UHGV virus genome: UHGV-1380059
Length of the DNA stretch: 43,329 nucleotides
From: a virus
Strand: one strand, 5' to 3'
Shown: positions 8,054 through 16,269 of the stretch, piece after piece
Layout: each line of letters starts with the position of its first letter
How positions within the stretch are numbered: position 1 is the stretch's first letter
Notes under the pieces: generated by a model
Told to the model about the DNA's origin: nothing
The model's database searches: none
Seen by the model: only the letters and a program-made list of their open reading frames with translations
Position numbers and translations under genes: made by a program

Positions 8054-8550
8054 TGCCTGAAGAGTGGACTGACGTTAAAGACTATGAGGATAAATATCAA
8101 GTGAGTAGTCTTTGAAGAGTGAGAAACAAAGTTACAAATAAGGTGTTGAAACACGCATTGAACAAATCTGGATATCATAGAGTTAACCTATATAATGAAT
8201 CTGGAATGAAAAGTAAATTCGTTCACCGTCTAGTAGCAGAAGCGTTTATTCCTAATACTGATAATAAACCTGAAGTTAATCATATAGATGAAGATAAAAC
8301 TAATAATAGTGTTGATAATTTGAACTGGATGACTAGATTAGAAAATGCCAATTATGGAACAAATAATGAAAGAATGGCTAAAGCTAAAAGCATTCCCATC
8401 ATTGCCACTAATCTAAAAACTGGTGAATCTAAACAATTCAATAGTACTAAAGAATGCGCTAGACAATTAGGTTTAAATCATTCAAACATTACACATGTTC
8501 TAAAAGATAGATACAAACACACTGGTGGATACACGTTTAAATATATTTGA
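8053..8550 (+). pseudogene. NUMOD4/HNH_3-type homing endonuclease interrupted by an in-frame TGA (8113-8115); the conserved HNH His is replaced by Tyr
   Basis: 'MPEEWTDVKDYEDKYQVSSL*RVRNKV...' is in a single frame. The other copies have Gly (GGA) at the stop position. 'ENANYG' here versus 'ENxNHG' in the intact copies. Confidence 0.6.
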
Positions 8551-8565
8551 AAGGAGGTGCTTCAT

Positions 8566-8724
8566 TTGCCGTTTATGTATTGCAATCACTCAGGCTGTAA
8601 CGAAACCGTTAAGCTACCAGCACAATACTGTGCTAAACATCAACCATCAAAGCTACCTGAATCAGTAAGTGTAGAACAACCAACGGACAAGATTGTTGTT
8701 AAAGCAAAGAAGACCACTAAATAA
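8566..8724 (+). CDS. small Cys/His-motif protein (52 aa), a paralog of the N-terminus of the downstream HNH
   Basis: RBS AAGGAGGTG + TTG. 'MPFMYCNHSGCNETVKLPAQYCAKHQ' matches 'MPKRKCAVASCRAYVTLPERYCDAHQ' with identical spacing. Confidence 0.4.
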   Translation: MPFMYCNHSGCNETVKLPAQYCAKHQPSKLPESVSVEQPTDKIVVKAKKTTK

Positions 8725-8740
8725 CAGTGGTCTTTTCTTC
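8711..8740 (+). terminator. intrinsic terminator
   Basis: 'agaccact aaataac agtggtct' followed by 'tttcttct'. Confidence 0.55.
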
Positions 8741-8768
8741 TATATAATAGTAGAAAGGAGTAAGTACC

Positions 8769-9161
8769 ATGCCTAAACGTAAGTGTGCAGTGGCTTCATG
8801 TCGCGCATATGTCACGCTACCTGAGCGCTACTGTGACGCACATCAAGGGTATAACAATAGCCAGTACAATAAGCACGTAAGATACAACGAAGACAACAAG
8901 AAGTACAGTACCTTCTATCATTCAACCCAATGGAGGAACACACGTAAAGCCAAGCTAATGGAGCAACCACTATGTGAGGTATGCTTGGCACAAGGCAAGT
9001 ACACCAACGCTAACATGGTTCACCATAAGATAGAATTAAGAAGTCCAAATGGATGGAAACATAGACTTGATTTAAATAACTTAGAGTCAATCTGTTACGA
9101 GTGTCACAACAAGGAAGAACATAGCTACAGTTGGAAAAATAGAGGTAGAGAACAGCGTTAA
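8769..9161 (+). CDS. HNH endonuclease, classical family, terminase-associated in cos-type phages
   Basis: 'CEVC...HHKIEL...N...ICYECHNKEEH'; positioned upstream of TerS/TerL. Confidence 0.8.
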   Translation: MPKRKCAVASCRAYVTLPERYCDAHQGYNNSQYNKHVRYNEDNKKYSTFYHSTQWRNTRKAKLMEQPLCEVCLAQGKYTNANMVHHKIELRSPNGWKHRLDLNNLESICYECHNKEEHSYSWKNRGREQR

Positions 9162-9511
9162 ATCAACAACCGCGCAGACAAAATTATTTTTAGGGAGACC
9201 CAAAATGTTTTTACCCCCCCTACCTTTTTATAACGAATTAATCGCTGCCCCCTCTTCTTCGCATAAAAGTCCCAAAACCAACTTTGAAAAACGTCCTTTT
9301 CCCTCGTAAAACGTCATTAAAACCTGGTTTCTTGTGTCTAAAATCAAGGCTTACCACTATATGTAGTGTTATTTCCCTTTAACGATTTATCCCCCAATAA
9401 ACATGATTGAAGCTGGTTTCTTTACACAAGATTCTTTTTATATGATATAATAAAACTATATAAGGGATTTTTTGTTTAACTCAAAACTAAAAGTAAGGGA
9501 GGTAGAAACAC
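9162..9511 (+). other. Putative cos / packaging-initiation region
   Basis: 350 nt noncoding with C-tracts ('ttacccccctacc', 'gctgccccctcttc', 'tttatcccccaat'). Short direct repeats: 'CTGGTTTCTT' x2 and 'aaaacgtc' x2, plus an inverted 'cttgtgt/acacaag'. Lies between the HNH and TerS, as in HNH-cos phages. Confidence 0.3.
9454..9462 (+). promoter_or_regulatory. extended -10 promoter TGaTATAAT
   Basis: 'tatgatataat'; no recognisable -35. Confidence 0.4.
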
Positions 9512-9697
9512 ATGGGTGCTCCAAAACCAATCATCGTTAAAGATTTAGCTACGGGACAATCCAGAAAATTTCCGTCACAGTTCGCTGCTGATGATTTTTA
9601 CGGGAAGAATCGTGGCTATTTTAAAGACGTTCGCACAAAGCTAGGCGGTCGCAACCGTCATTATGAGATTATCGAAATGAAGGACGAACAAAAATAG
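9512..9697 (+). CDS. stand-alone homolog of the C-terminal DNA-binding region of the NUMOD4/HNH homing endonucleases (61 aa)
   Basis: Strong RBS AAGGGAGG. 'PIIVKDLATGQSRKFPSQ' aligns with 'PIIATNLKTGESKQFNST' of the full-length copies. Confidence 0.45.
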   Translation: MGAPKPIIVKDLATGQSRKFPSQFAADDFYGKNRGYFKDVRTKLGGRNRHYEIIEMKDEQK

Positions 9698-9753
9698 TTG
9701 ACAACCTCCTTTATTTGTGCTATTATAATAGTATGGAAGAGGAGGTTTTATTT

Positions 9754-10257
9754 ATGAAAGAAATTTGGAAAGATGTAGAAGGATATGAAGGGTTGTATCA
9801 AGTAAGTAATTTTGGTAATTTATATTCCAGCTACGTTAAACGTAAATTACAATTGAGTTTAGATAAATATGGATACAAACAAGTGATACTTGTAAAGAAC
9901 GGTGTTCGTAAACGACACCTTTTACATCGTATGGTAGCACAAGAGTTCATACCAAACCCTGAAAACAAACCACAAGTTAATCATATTGACGAGAATAAAA
10001 CAAATAATACTGTATCAAACCTAGAATGGGTTACAAGTAAAGAGAATATTAATCACGGAACTAGAACAGAACGACAAATATACACTCAAAGAATTATTCA
10101 AAAATCAAAGCCTGTTATTTGTTCAAATGGCGTGATTTACCGTAGCACAAGGGAAGCTAGTAGGCTATTAGGATTAGATAATGGTAGTTTAAATAAAGTT
10201 CTAAAAGGTAAGCGTAAAACAGTAGGAGGCTACACATTCAAATATAAGGAGGTGTAA
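9754..10257 (+). CDS. HNH homing endonuclease (NUMOD4 + HNH_3)
   Basis: 'MKEIWKDVEGYEGLYQVSNFG', 'HRMVAQEFIPNPENKPQVNHIDENKTNN', 'ENINHG'; the start is the ATG at 9754 with GAGGAGG upstream. Confidence 0.8.
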   Translation: MKEIWKDVEGYEGLYQVSNFGNLYSSYVKRKLQLSLDKYGYKQVILVKNGVRKRHLLHRMVAQEFIPNPENKPQVNHIDENKTNNTVSNLEWVTSKENINHGTRTERQIYTQRIIQKSKPVICSNGVIYRSTREASRLLGLDNGSLNKVLKGKRKTVGGYTFKYKEV

Positions 10258-10262
10258 TCATT

Positions 10263-10724
10263 ATGAGACCACGTAAGCTCTTGAATGCAACGAGCAAACA
10301 CTTAACAACTGAAGAGCGTGAAGCAAAAGAAAAAGAAGAAGAAGTACTTTATAACTATGAGAAGCTAGACTTCAGTTTCTATCCACCAGGTCTATTACCA
10401 CAAGCATTTAATGAATGGGATCGTATTGGAGCATATGTAGGCGATTTACCTATTTCTGAATTAGATGTTAATACAGTTATTAGATATTGTAACTACAATT
10501 ATTTATACGCAGAAGCAGCAGAGAAAGTAGCTCAGATGGGCGCAATTGACCCTGAGACAGGCAAAGCCAACCCATGGGTAAATGCTATGAACTCCTATTC
10601 AAAAGAGCTTAAAACTGCCACGAATGACTTAGGGTTAACAATCAACTCAAGACTAAAAATAGTTTTACCAGCAGAGAAAGAAAAAGAAGTACTTGACCCA
10701 TTTGCAAAAATGTTTGAAGGATAA
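10263..10724 (+). CDS. terminase small subunit (P27-like)
   Basis: 153 aa immediately upstream of TerL; 'LTINSRLKI' region typical of P27-family TerS. Confidence 0.7.
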   Translation: MRPRKLLNATSKHLTTEEREAKEKEEEVLYNYEKLDFSFYPPGLLPQAFNEWDRIGAYVGDLPISELDVNTVIRYCNYNYLYAEAAEKVAQMGAIDPETGKANPWVNAMNSYSKELKTATNDLGLTINSRLKIVLPAEKEKEVLDPFAKMFEG

Positions 10725-10746
10725 CCTACACAAAAAATAAATTGTG

Positions 10747-10755
10747 TGATATAAT
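10747..10755 (+). promoter_or_regulatory. extended -10 promoter TGaTATAAT
   Basis: 'tgtgatataat'. Confidence 0.4.
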
Positions 10756-10814
10756 TTGTATAGCAAATGAGTGGTAATCATTAGATACACCAATAACACA
10801 AAAGTCGGATTTTG

Positions 10815-10823
10815 TGTTATAAT
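10815..10823 (+). promoter_or_regulatory. extended -10 promoter TGtTATAAT for the TerS-TerL intergenic RNA
   Basis: 'tgtgttataat'; the predicted start is near 10830. Confidence 0.45.
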
Positions 10824-10829
10824 AGAGTC

Positions 10830-11130
10830 ACTAGTACACGTGACACCCACTGATATTCAAGGATATTATGTGCAACATACGTGGCAATAAATCGTGGTTC
10901 ACCACACTCCACGTAAAAAAGGGTTGCTGTTAGGATATTCTAGAATATCCAATGAACAGTCGTGGACGGCACACGTAAACGACCGCTCGCCACAGTATCT
11001 GGCGGATAGTGTGATAGTATGACCCTACTTGACGACGAGCACACTAAAGCGACCATACACTTAAAGTAGGGCGTGTATATTCGCAGATACTAACCTCCCA
11101 CTAGTCTAGCTAACTAGTGGGTCTTTTTTT
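10830..11130 (+). ncRNA. Candidate ~300-nt structured noncoding RNA between TerS and TerL
   Basis: GC-rich island (about 50% against ~35% elsewhere) with no ORF. Local helices at 10827-10844, 10933-10950 (18-bp palindrome 'GGATATTCTAGAATATCC') and 10988-11004, and a long-range 8-bp helix 11023-11030/11074-11081. Ends in a strong terminator. Confidence 0.4.
11097..11130 (+). terminator. intrinsic terminator
   Basis: 'cccactagt ctagcta actagtggg' + 'tcttttttt'. Confidence 0.7.
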
Positions 11131-11131
11131 G

Positions 11132-11140
11132 TGCTATAAT
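11132..11140 (+). promoter_or_regulatory. extended -10 promoter TGcTATAAT upstream of TerL
   Basis: 'gtgctataat' 32 nt before the ATG at 11173. Confidence 0.45.
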
Positions 11141-11172
11141 ATAATTGACTAGCATAAAAGGAGGATACATAA

Positions 11173-12945
11173 ATGTTTGATCCAGTACAAGATTATATAG
11201 ATTTAATTGAAAAAGGATATGTAGAAGGTAAAAAATACGTGGTTGAAGATGGGAAATATAAGACAATTAAAGTGGACATTCGTGTAGGAAGTAAAATTAA
11301 AAAAGCGATTGAACGTCACCAAAAAGAAGTTGAGTTATCTAAAACTCCAGATTATCCCTATATTTATAGACCAGAAGAAGCGCTTCCAGTAATTAAATTC
11401 ATGGAAATGCTACCTGATCCCAAAAGTCGTAAGCCAATGAAGCTAGCTACTTTCCAAAAATTCATTATTGGTTTACTATATGGATGGCGTAAAAAGAGAG
11501 ATAATACTAGACGTTTTAGAAAAGCATACATCTCACTAGCACGTAAGAATGGGAAGTCTTTAATCGTAGCAGGTATTGCCTTATATGAGTTTTTATTTGG
11601 CAAGAATCCAGCCGCAAGCCGTCAAGTAGTAGCGGCAGCGAATACAAAAGAGCAAGCTGGAATCGTTTTCAGAATGCTCAAATCTCAGCTAACAGCATTG
11701 CGTAGTGTATCAAAAGAAGTGAAGAAACGAACAACCGTTCGTAGATATGATATTGAAGCTAGCGATGAATCAACCGTCAAACCATTATCAAGTGACGCAG
11801 ACACTCTTGATGGATTGGACGTTTTGTGTGGTATCCTAGATGAGTATGGTGAAGCTAAAGATACTAGTATCATTGAAGTATTAGAATCATCACAAGCACA
11901 ACAAGTGGAAGGATTAATTCTAATGATTTCCACAGCCACAAAGAATCTGAACGGCCCAATGTTTACGATAGATTATGCCTTTGTTGAAAAGTTACTGGAT
12001 GAAGATGTTAAAGCAGATGCCTATCTAGCATTATGTTGGGAAATGGATAGTCTACCAGAAGTTGATGATGAAGCTAACTGGATAAAGGCAAACCCTTTAC
12101 TAGAAATACCAGAAGCATATGAATCAATGATGGAACACAAACGCAACTCACTAGACGAATATAAGGGTAAAATGGATTTATCTGGTTGGTTAACAAAAGA
12201 GCAAAATTTCTGGGTACAATCATCCAAAGATAGTTTTGTAACCAAAGAAGAATGGGATGCAGTTAAAGCACCTACTAATTACAATATTAGAGGTAGAAAA
12301 GTATATATTGGTATTGACTTAGCCAGAACCTCAGATATGACCGCAGTTTCATGGATTATTCCAATAGAAGAAGAACACAAACTATTACTAGATACACATG
12401 GTTTCGTATCATCAGTAGGAGGTATTGACCATAAGCAGTCAATTGACAAAATACCGTATAGGCAATATGAGTCAATGAACCTCATTCATATTTCCCAACG
12501 TGAGGATGGTCTGATTGATACAGAAGAAATGTGTGACTGGATACGTGACTTTATAGATTATAATGACTTGCAATTGGCGGGCATTTATTATGATCCATTT
12601 ATGATGGACAAAGCTTTGATTAATCTAAGTAAAACATATCCCAAAAAACTAATTGAAGTACCGCAGAAAATTAACTATTTATCTTCACCAACAAGAGCGC
12701 TGCGTGAGTTAATTCGTAGAGGTGAAGTGATGCACACCAACAATCCTTTATTGAATCGTGCGGCATACAATGCTATGATTAAAGAGTATAATGATAGCGT
12801 TGCTATTGATAAGCAAATAAACAGAAATAAAATTGACTCACTTGATGCCATTATAAACGCAATGAGTGACGCTCAATATCATGATTATGACGCTCCAACA
12901 TTGCAAGATTTACTAGATACTGGAGAGTTTGGCTTTGGTTACTAG
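11173..12945 (+). CDS. terminase large subunit
   Basis: 590 aa, Terminase_1-like, with an N-terminal ATPase and a C-terminal nuclease region; RBS AAAGGAGGA. Confidence 0.9.
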   Translation: MFDPVQDYIDLIEKGYVEGKKYVVEDGKYKTIKVDIRVGSKIKKAIERHQKEVELSKTPDYPYIYRPEEALPVIKFMEMLPDPKSRKPMKLATFQKFIIGLLYGWRKKRDNTRRFRKAYISLARKNGKSLIVAGIALYEFLFGKNPAASRQVVAAANTKEQAGIVFRMLKSQLTALRSVSKEVKKRTTVRRYDIEASDESTVKPLSSDADTLDGLDVLCGILDEYGEAKDTSIIEVLESSQAQQVEGLILMISTATKNLNGPMFTIDYAFVEKLLDEDVKADAYLALCWEMDSLPEVDDEANWIKANPLLEIPEAYESMMEHKRNSLDEYKGKMDLSGWLTKEQNFWVQSSKDSFVTKEEWDAVKAPTNYNIRGRKVYIGIDLARTSDMTAVSWIIPIEEEHKLLLDTHGFVSSVGGIDHKQSIDKIPYRQYESMNLIHISQREDGLIDTEEMCDWIRDFIDYNDLQLAGIYYDPFMMDKALINLSKTYPKKLIEVPQKINYLSSPTRALRELIRRGEVMHTNNPLLNRAAYNAMIKEYNDSVAIDKQINRNKIDSLDAIINAMSDAQYHDYDAPTLQDLLDTGEFGFGY

Positions 12946-12995
12946 TACAAAACATTAGATTATGCCTAAATAGCATACTTTTTTCTTATTTTTTG

Positions 12996-13004
12996 TGTTA
13001 AAAT
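12996..13004 (+). promoter_or_regulatory. extended -10-like promoter TGtTAAAAT
   Basis: 'tgtgttaaaat'. Confidence 0.3.
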
Positions 13005-13038
13005 AGAGTTAGAAATATCGTAAAAGGAGCGTGAAAAC

Positions 13039-13215
13039 ATGAAATTTGTTGCGGTCATTGTAGCTGTTTTGTATATAATTAGCGCAGTATTTATCGCTTT
13101 ATCAGCGTTTTTAGTATCAAATACACTTGGTTTACTTACATGTGGTATAGGATTCATGATACCAACCATTGTTTTATATCATGAAGCCACTAATTCAGGA
13201 GAAGGGAGGTCATAA
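13039..13215 (+). CDS. small membrane protein (58 aa)
   Basis: Manually read 'MKFVAVIVAVLYIISAVFIALSAFLVSNTLGLLTCGIGFMIPTIVLYHEATNSGEGRS'; RBS AAAGGAG. Confidence 0.4.
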   Translation: MKFVAVIVAVLYIISAVFIALSAFLVSNTLGLLTCGIGFMIPTIVLYHEATNSGEGRS

Positions 13216-13218
13216 TAA

Positions 13219-14424
13219 ATGGGATTATTCATAAACAACGGAAATCCAGTTACAGAACAACAATTTATTGATTATATCAACACTGGAACAGTTTACACTA
13301 CCAACTTTACAGGTCTAAAAGCGTTGACAAACTCAGATATTTATACTGGAGTGAACATCATTGCTGGAGACATTGCTCAAAGTCCATTCAAACCTGTAGA
13401 GACTACAACGATTGATGAAAATTTATTGCACATATTAAATAAAGAACCAAAGGAAAATCAATCGCACTATACAATGATGTATGCAGTGGTTTCAAACCTT
13501 ATTTTAACAGGAAATGCGTATGTCCTCATTCATAGAAACAATGATGATAGTGTAAAAGAGTTAGAATTTGTAGAAACGCAACAGGTTAATGTCATCAGAG
13601 ACTTGGCAACAGGTGTATACAGATATGAGGTTAACATGCCATATGGGAATATCATGTACAAATGCGACCCACGTGATATCTTACACTTCAAGTTAAGCAC
13701 CACAGATGGTTGGTTGGGACGCTCACCGTTACTATCATTAAATGACGAAATATCACTACAAACTAATGGATTAAAAGTATTAAATAATTTCTTTTCAAAA
13801 GGTGTATTCTCTGGAGGCATTCTTAAATTATTAAATGGTACAGTCAACAACAGTGCTAAGAAACAAATTAGAGATGACTTTGAAGCAGTGAATGGCAACG
13901 GTGGAGTTGTCGTGATAGATGACTCACAAGAGTTCACTGACAGCAAAATCAATACAGAAGTGCTAAAATTAATCCAAGCTAATAAATTTAGCACACAACA
14001 AATAGCCAAAGTTTTAGGTATTCCAGTAAGTAGATTTGGACAAGAATTAGTCAACTCATCTGACACAGGTCAGAATGATATTTATATTGCCAGCACGACC
14101 GCGATGTATGAGTCATCTATCTGTGATGAGATAAACCTAAAGTTAGGAGTAGAGTTGGAGTTAGATTTATCTAAACTACGTCAAGATACAAAAGAGGATA
14201 GACTGCGTAGAATCGCAGAAGGTAAAGTCAAATCTGAATTCGCACAAGCATTGACCGTTAATGATGCTCGTGAGTACCTTGGTTTTACTGAGATAGACGG
14301 AGGAGACACCCTACTTGGTCAAACACCAGAATCAACTGAAAATAAAACAGAACAGGAAGTGGATGTTAATGAAGAAGAACTTGGAAATCAGAGCCCTACA
14401 GACACTGGAGAAGACAGAGGATAA
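13219..14424 (+). CDS. portal protein (HK97-family)
   Basis: 401 aa, directly after TerL; typical portal core with an acidic C-terminus. Confidence 0.85.
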   Translation: MGLFINNGNPVTEQQFIDYINTGTVYTTNFTGLKALTNSDIYTGVNIIAGDIAQSPFKPVETTTIDENLLHILNKEPKENQSHYTMMYAVVSNLILTGNAYVLIHRNNDDSVKELEFVETQQVNVIRDLATGVYRYEVNMPYGNIMYKCDPRDILHFKLSTTDGWLGRSPLLSLNDEISLQTNGLKVLNNFFSKGVFSGGILKLLNGTVNNSAKKQIRDDFEAVNGNGGVVVIDDSQEFTDSKINTEVLKLIQANKFSTQQIAKVLGIPVSRFGQELVNSSDTGQNDIYIASTTAMYESSICDEINLKLGVELELDLSKLRQDTKEDRLRRIAEGKVKSEFAQALTVNDAREYLGFTEIDGGDTLLGQTPESTENKTEQEVDVNEEELGNQSPTDTGEDRG

Positions 14425-14920
14425 TGTAGTAGAAGGGTACGCACTAAAATTCAATAAAGAATCACGTAATTTAGGTGGATTTGTGGAAACAATTTCACCA
14501 GAAGCATTAGACGGAGTAGACTTGACAGACGTACGTTGTTTCATGGATCATGACTCTAGTAAGTTATTAGGACGCACGTCAAGCGGAACACTACAACTGA
14601 ATGTAGATGACGTTGGGTTACATTTTAGTTGTGTACTTCCTGACACAAGTAATGGACGTGACGCAATGGAACTTGTAAAACGTGGGGACTTGAATCAATG
14701 CTCATTTGGTTTCACAGTGGCTAAAGACAAATGGATAAAAGGTAAAGACATTATGAAACGCTCAATTAATAAGATTGGTTCATTATTAGAAATTTCGCTA
14801 GTATCCATTCCAGCATACGATGACACAGATGTGCGAGTTGCTACACGCTCACTAGAGGAAGCTGTTAATGAATTAGAGAAACAACGCTTAGAAGTTGAAT
14901 TGGAGCTGTTGGGCTTGTAA
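14369..14920 (+). CDS. prohead protease (HK97 / S78-U35 family)
   Basis: 'EGYALKFNKESRNLGGFVETISPEA...GRTSSGTLQL'; the start is probably the ATG at 14363/14369 rather than the 14315 given in the ORF track. Confidence 0.8.
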   Translation: MKKNLEIRALQTLEKTEDNVVEGYALKFNKESRNLGGFVETISPEALDGVDLTDVRCFMDHDSSKLLGRTSSGTLQLNVDDVGLHFSCVLPDTSNGRDAMELVKRGDLNQCSFGFTVAKDKWIKGKDIMKRSINKIGSLLEISLVSIPAYDDTDVRVATRSLEEAVNELEKQRLEVELELLGL

Positions 14921-14947
14921 TTTAAAGCCCACAACTTCTTATATGTA

Positions 14948-14956
14948 TGCTATAAT
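14948..14956 (+). promoter_or_regulatory. extended -10 promoter TGcTATAAT upstream of the capsid gene
   Basis: 'tatgctataat'. Confidence 0.4.
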
Positions 14957-14989
14957 TAAAACAGAAAGCTAGTGAAGGAGTGAGATTGA

Positions 14990-16204
14990 TTGAATCGTGA
15001 AGAGCAAATCAAAAAAGCACATGATTTATTGTCAGAAGGCAAATTTGAGGAAGCACGTAGTTTAGTTGAAGCAATTAAGAAACATGATGCAGAAGAGTTA
15101 GAAAATAAAGCTTCTGAAGAACAGCCTGAAGAAGATAAAGTTGTTGAAGAAACAAAAGATGAAGAAAAAGAAGAACAAAAAGAACCAGAAACAGAAAAAC
15201 AACCTGAAGAAAAACCAAAAGATGAAGAAAAACGCTCATTAGAGCAAGAAGGAGAAGAAGAAAATATGGAAAAAGTAGTGTTAGATGGAAAAGAAATCTC
15301 TCAGCCAGAAACAGAAGTTCGTGGATTTTTAAATTATGTACGTTCTCATAACCCTAAGATGGACTTGCGAGCGCTTCCAGACGGTGTTAAATCAACTGAT
15401 GTGGGTGCTATTATTCCTGAAGATATTGTTACAAAAACAAAAACGTTACCTGAAACAGTGGTAGATTTACGAAACCTAGTTCAAACAGTGAAAGTAAGCA
15501 CTCCAACTGGTAAATACCCTATCTTGAAATCAACAGAGGCTGTAATGCACACTGTTGAAGAACTTGAAGCAAATCCTGATTTGGACAAACCACAATTTGA
15601 AAATGTATTGTATGATGTTGCAACTTATCGTGGACAAATTCCAGTTTCTCGTGAATCTTTAGATGATTCAGATGAAGATTTGGGTGCTTTAATCGCACGT
15701 CATATTCAACGTATTGCATTGAACACAGCAAACTCTAAAATTGTTGAAAACTTGAAAACAGCAACACCTAAAACTGTTAAGAATTTGGATGAAATCAAAG
15801 CAATCATCAATACTGAGTTTGACCCAGCATATAACTTACAATTTGTAGTTTCTCAATCATTCTATAATGAAGTAGACTTAATGAAAGACAATGAAGGACG
15901 TTACATGTTACAACCTTCAATCACTGCTCAATCAGGTAAATCACTACTTGGTTTGAATGTGACAGTACTTTCTGATAAATTGCTAGGAGGTTCAGCAGGC
16001 GCTAAAGTAGCATTCTTGGGAGATCCAGCTGGATTTACATCATTCTTTGACCGTAACGAAATGGCAGTTCGTTGGCAAGAGCATCAACACTATGGAGAAA
16101 TTCTAGCCGCAGCTATGCGTTTTGACGTTAAAAAAGTAGACGCAGCAGCGGGTAAATTCTTAACTCTTACACCAACTGTACCAGGAGTAGGTGGAGGAGA
16201 ATAA
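14990..16204 (+). CDS. major capsid protein (HK97 fold) with an unusually acidic low-complexity N-terminal domain
   Basis: TTG start with a GAAGGAG RBS; residues ~30-95 are E/K/P-rich; the C-terminal ~280 aa is capsid-like. Confidence 0.8.
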   Translation: MNREEQIKKAHDLLSEGKFEEARSLVEAIKKHDAEELENKASEEQPEEDKVVEETKDEEKEEQKEPETEKQPEEKPKDEEKRSLEQEGEEENMEKVVLDGKEISQPETEVRGFLNYVRSHNPKMDLRALPDGVKSTDVGAIIPEDIVTKTKTLPETVVDLRNLVQTVKVSTPTGKYPILKSTEAVMHTVEELEANPDLDKPQFENVLYDVATYRGQIPVSRESLDDSDEDLGALIARHIQRIALNTANSKIVENLKTATPKTVKNLDEIKAIINTEFDPAYNLQFVVSQSFYNEVDLMKDNEGRYMLQPSITAQSGKSLLGLNVTVLSDKLLGGSAGAKVAFLGDPAGFTSFFDRNEMAVRWQEHQHYGEILAAAMRFDVKKVDAAAGKFLTLTPTVPGVGGGE

Positions 16205-16269
16205 TATACAACATTCATTAAGAGGGGTGGGGCTCATGCCTCATCTCTCTTTTATTATAGTAGAAGGAA

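Noticed and set aside
8113-8115. Possibility that TGA encodes Gly (genetic code 25) or another amino acid genome-wide
   Set aside because: Other genes end in TGA with tight translational coupling to the next start (e.g. 7684-7686 and 39198-39200 overlapping ATGA). Only this one internal TGA was found at a conserved position. A point mutation is the simpler explanation.
10725-11172. Group I/II intron or intein interrupting the terminase
   Set aside because: TerS and TerL are each complete, with their own stop, RBS and start. The insert is intergenic, so no splicing is required. It was kept as an ncRNA candidate instead.
14914-14945. Terminator after the prohead protease gene
   Set aside because: Only a 6-7-bp GGGCTT/AAGCCC stem with a poor U-tract; the evidence is weak.
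16222-16262. Terminator after the capsid gene ('gaggggtg…catctctc' + 'ttttatt')
   Set aside because: The stem needs two G·U pairs and a 12-nt loop. It is plausible but not convincing without folding energy.
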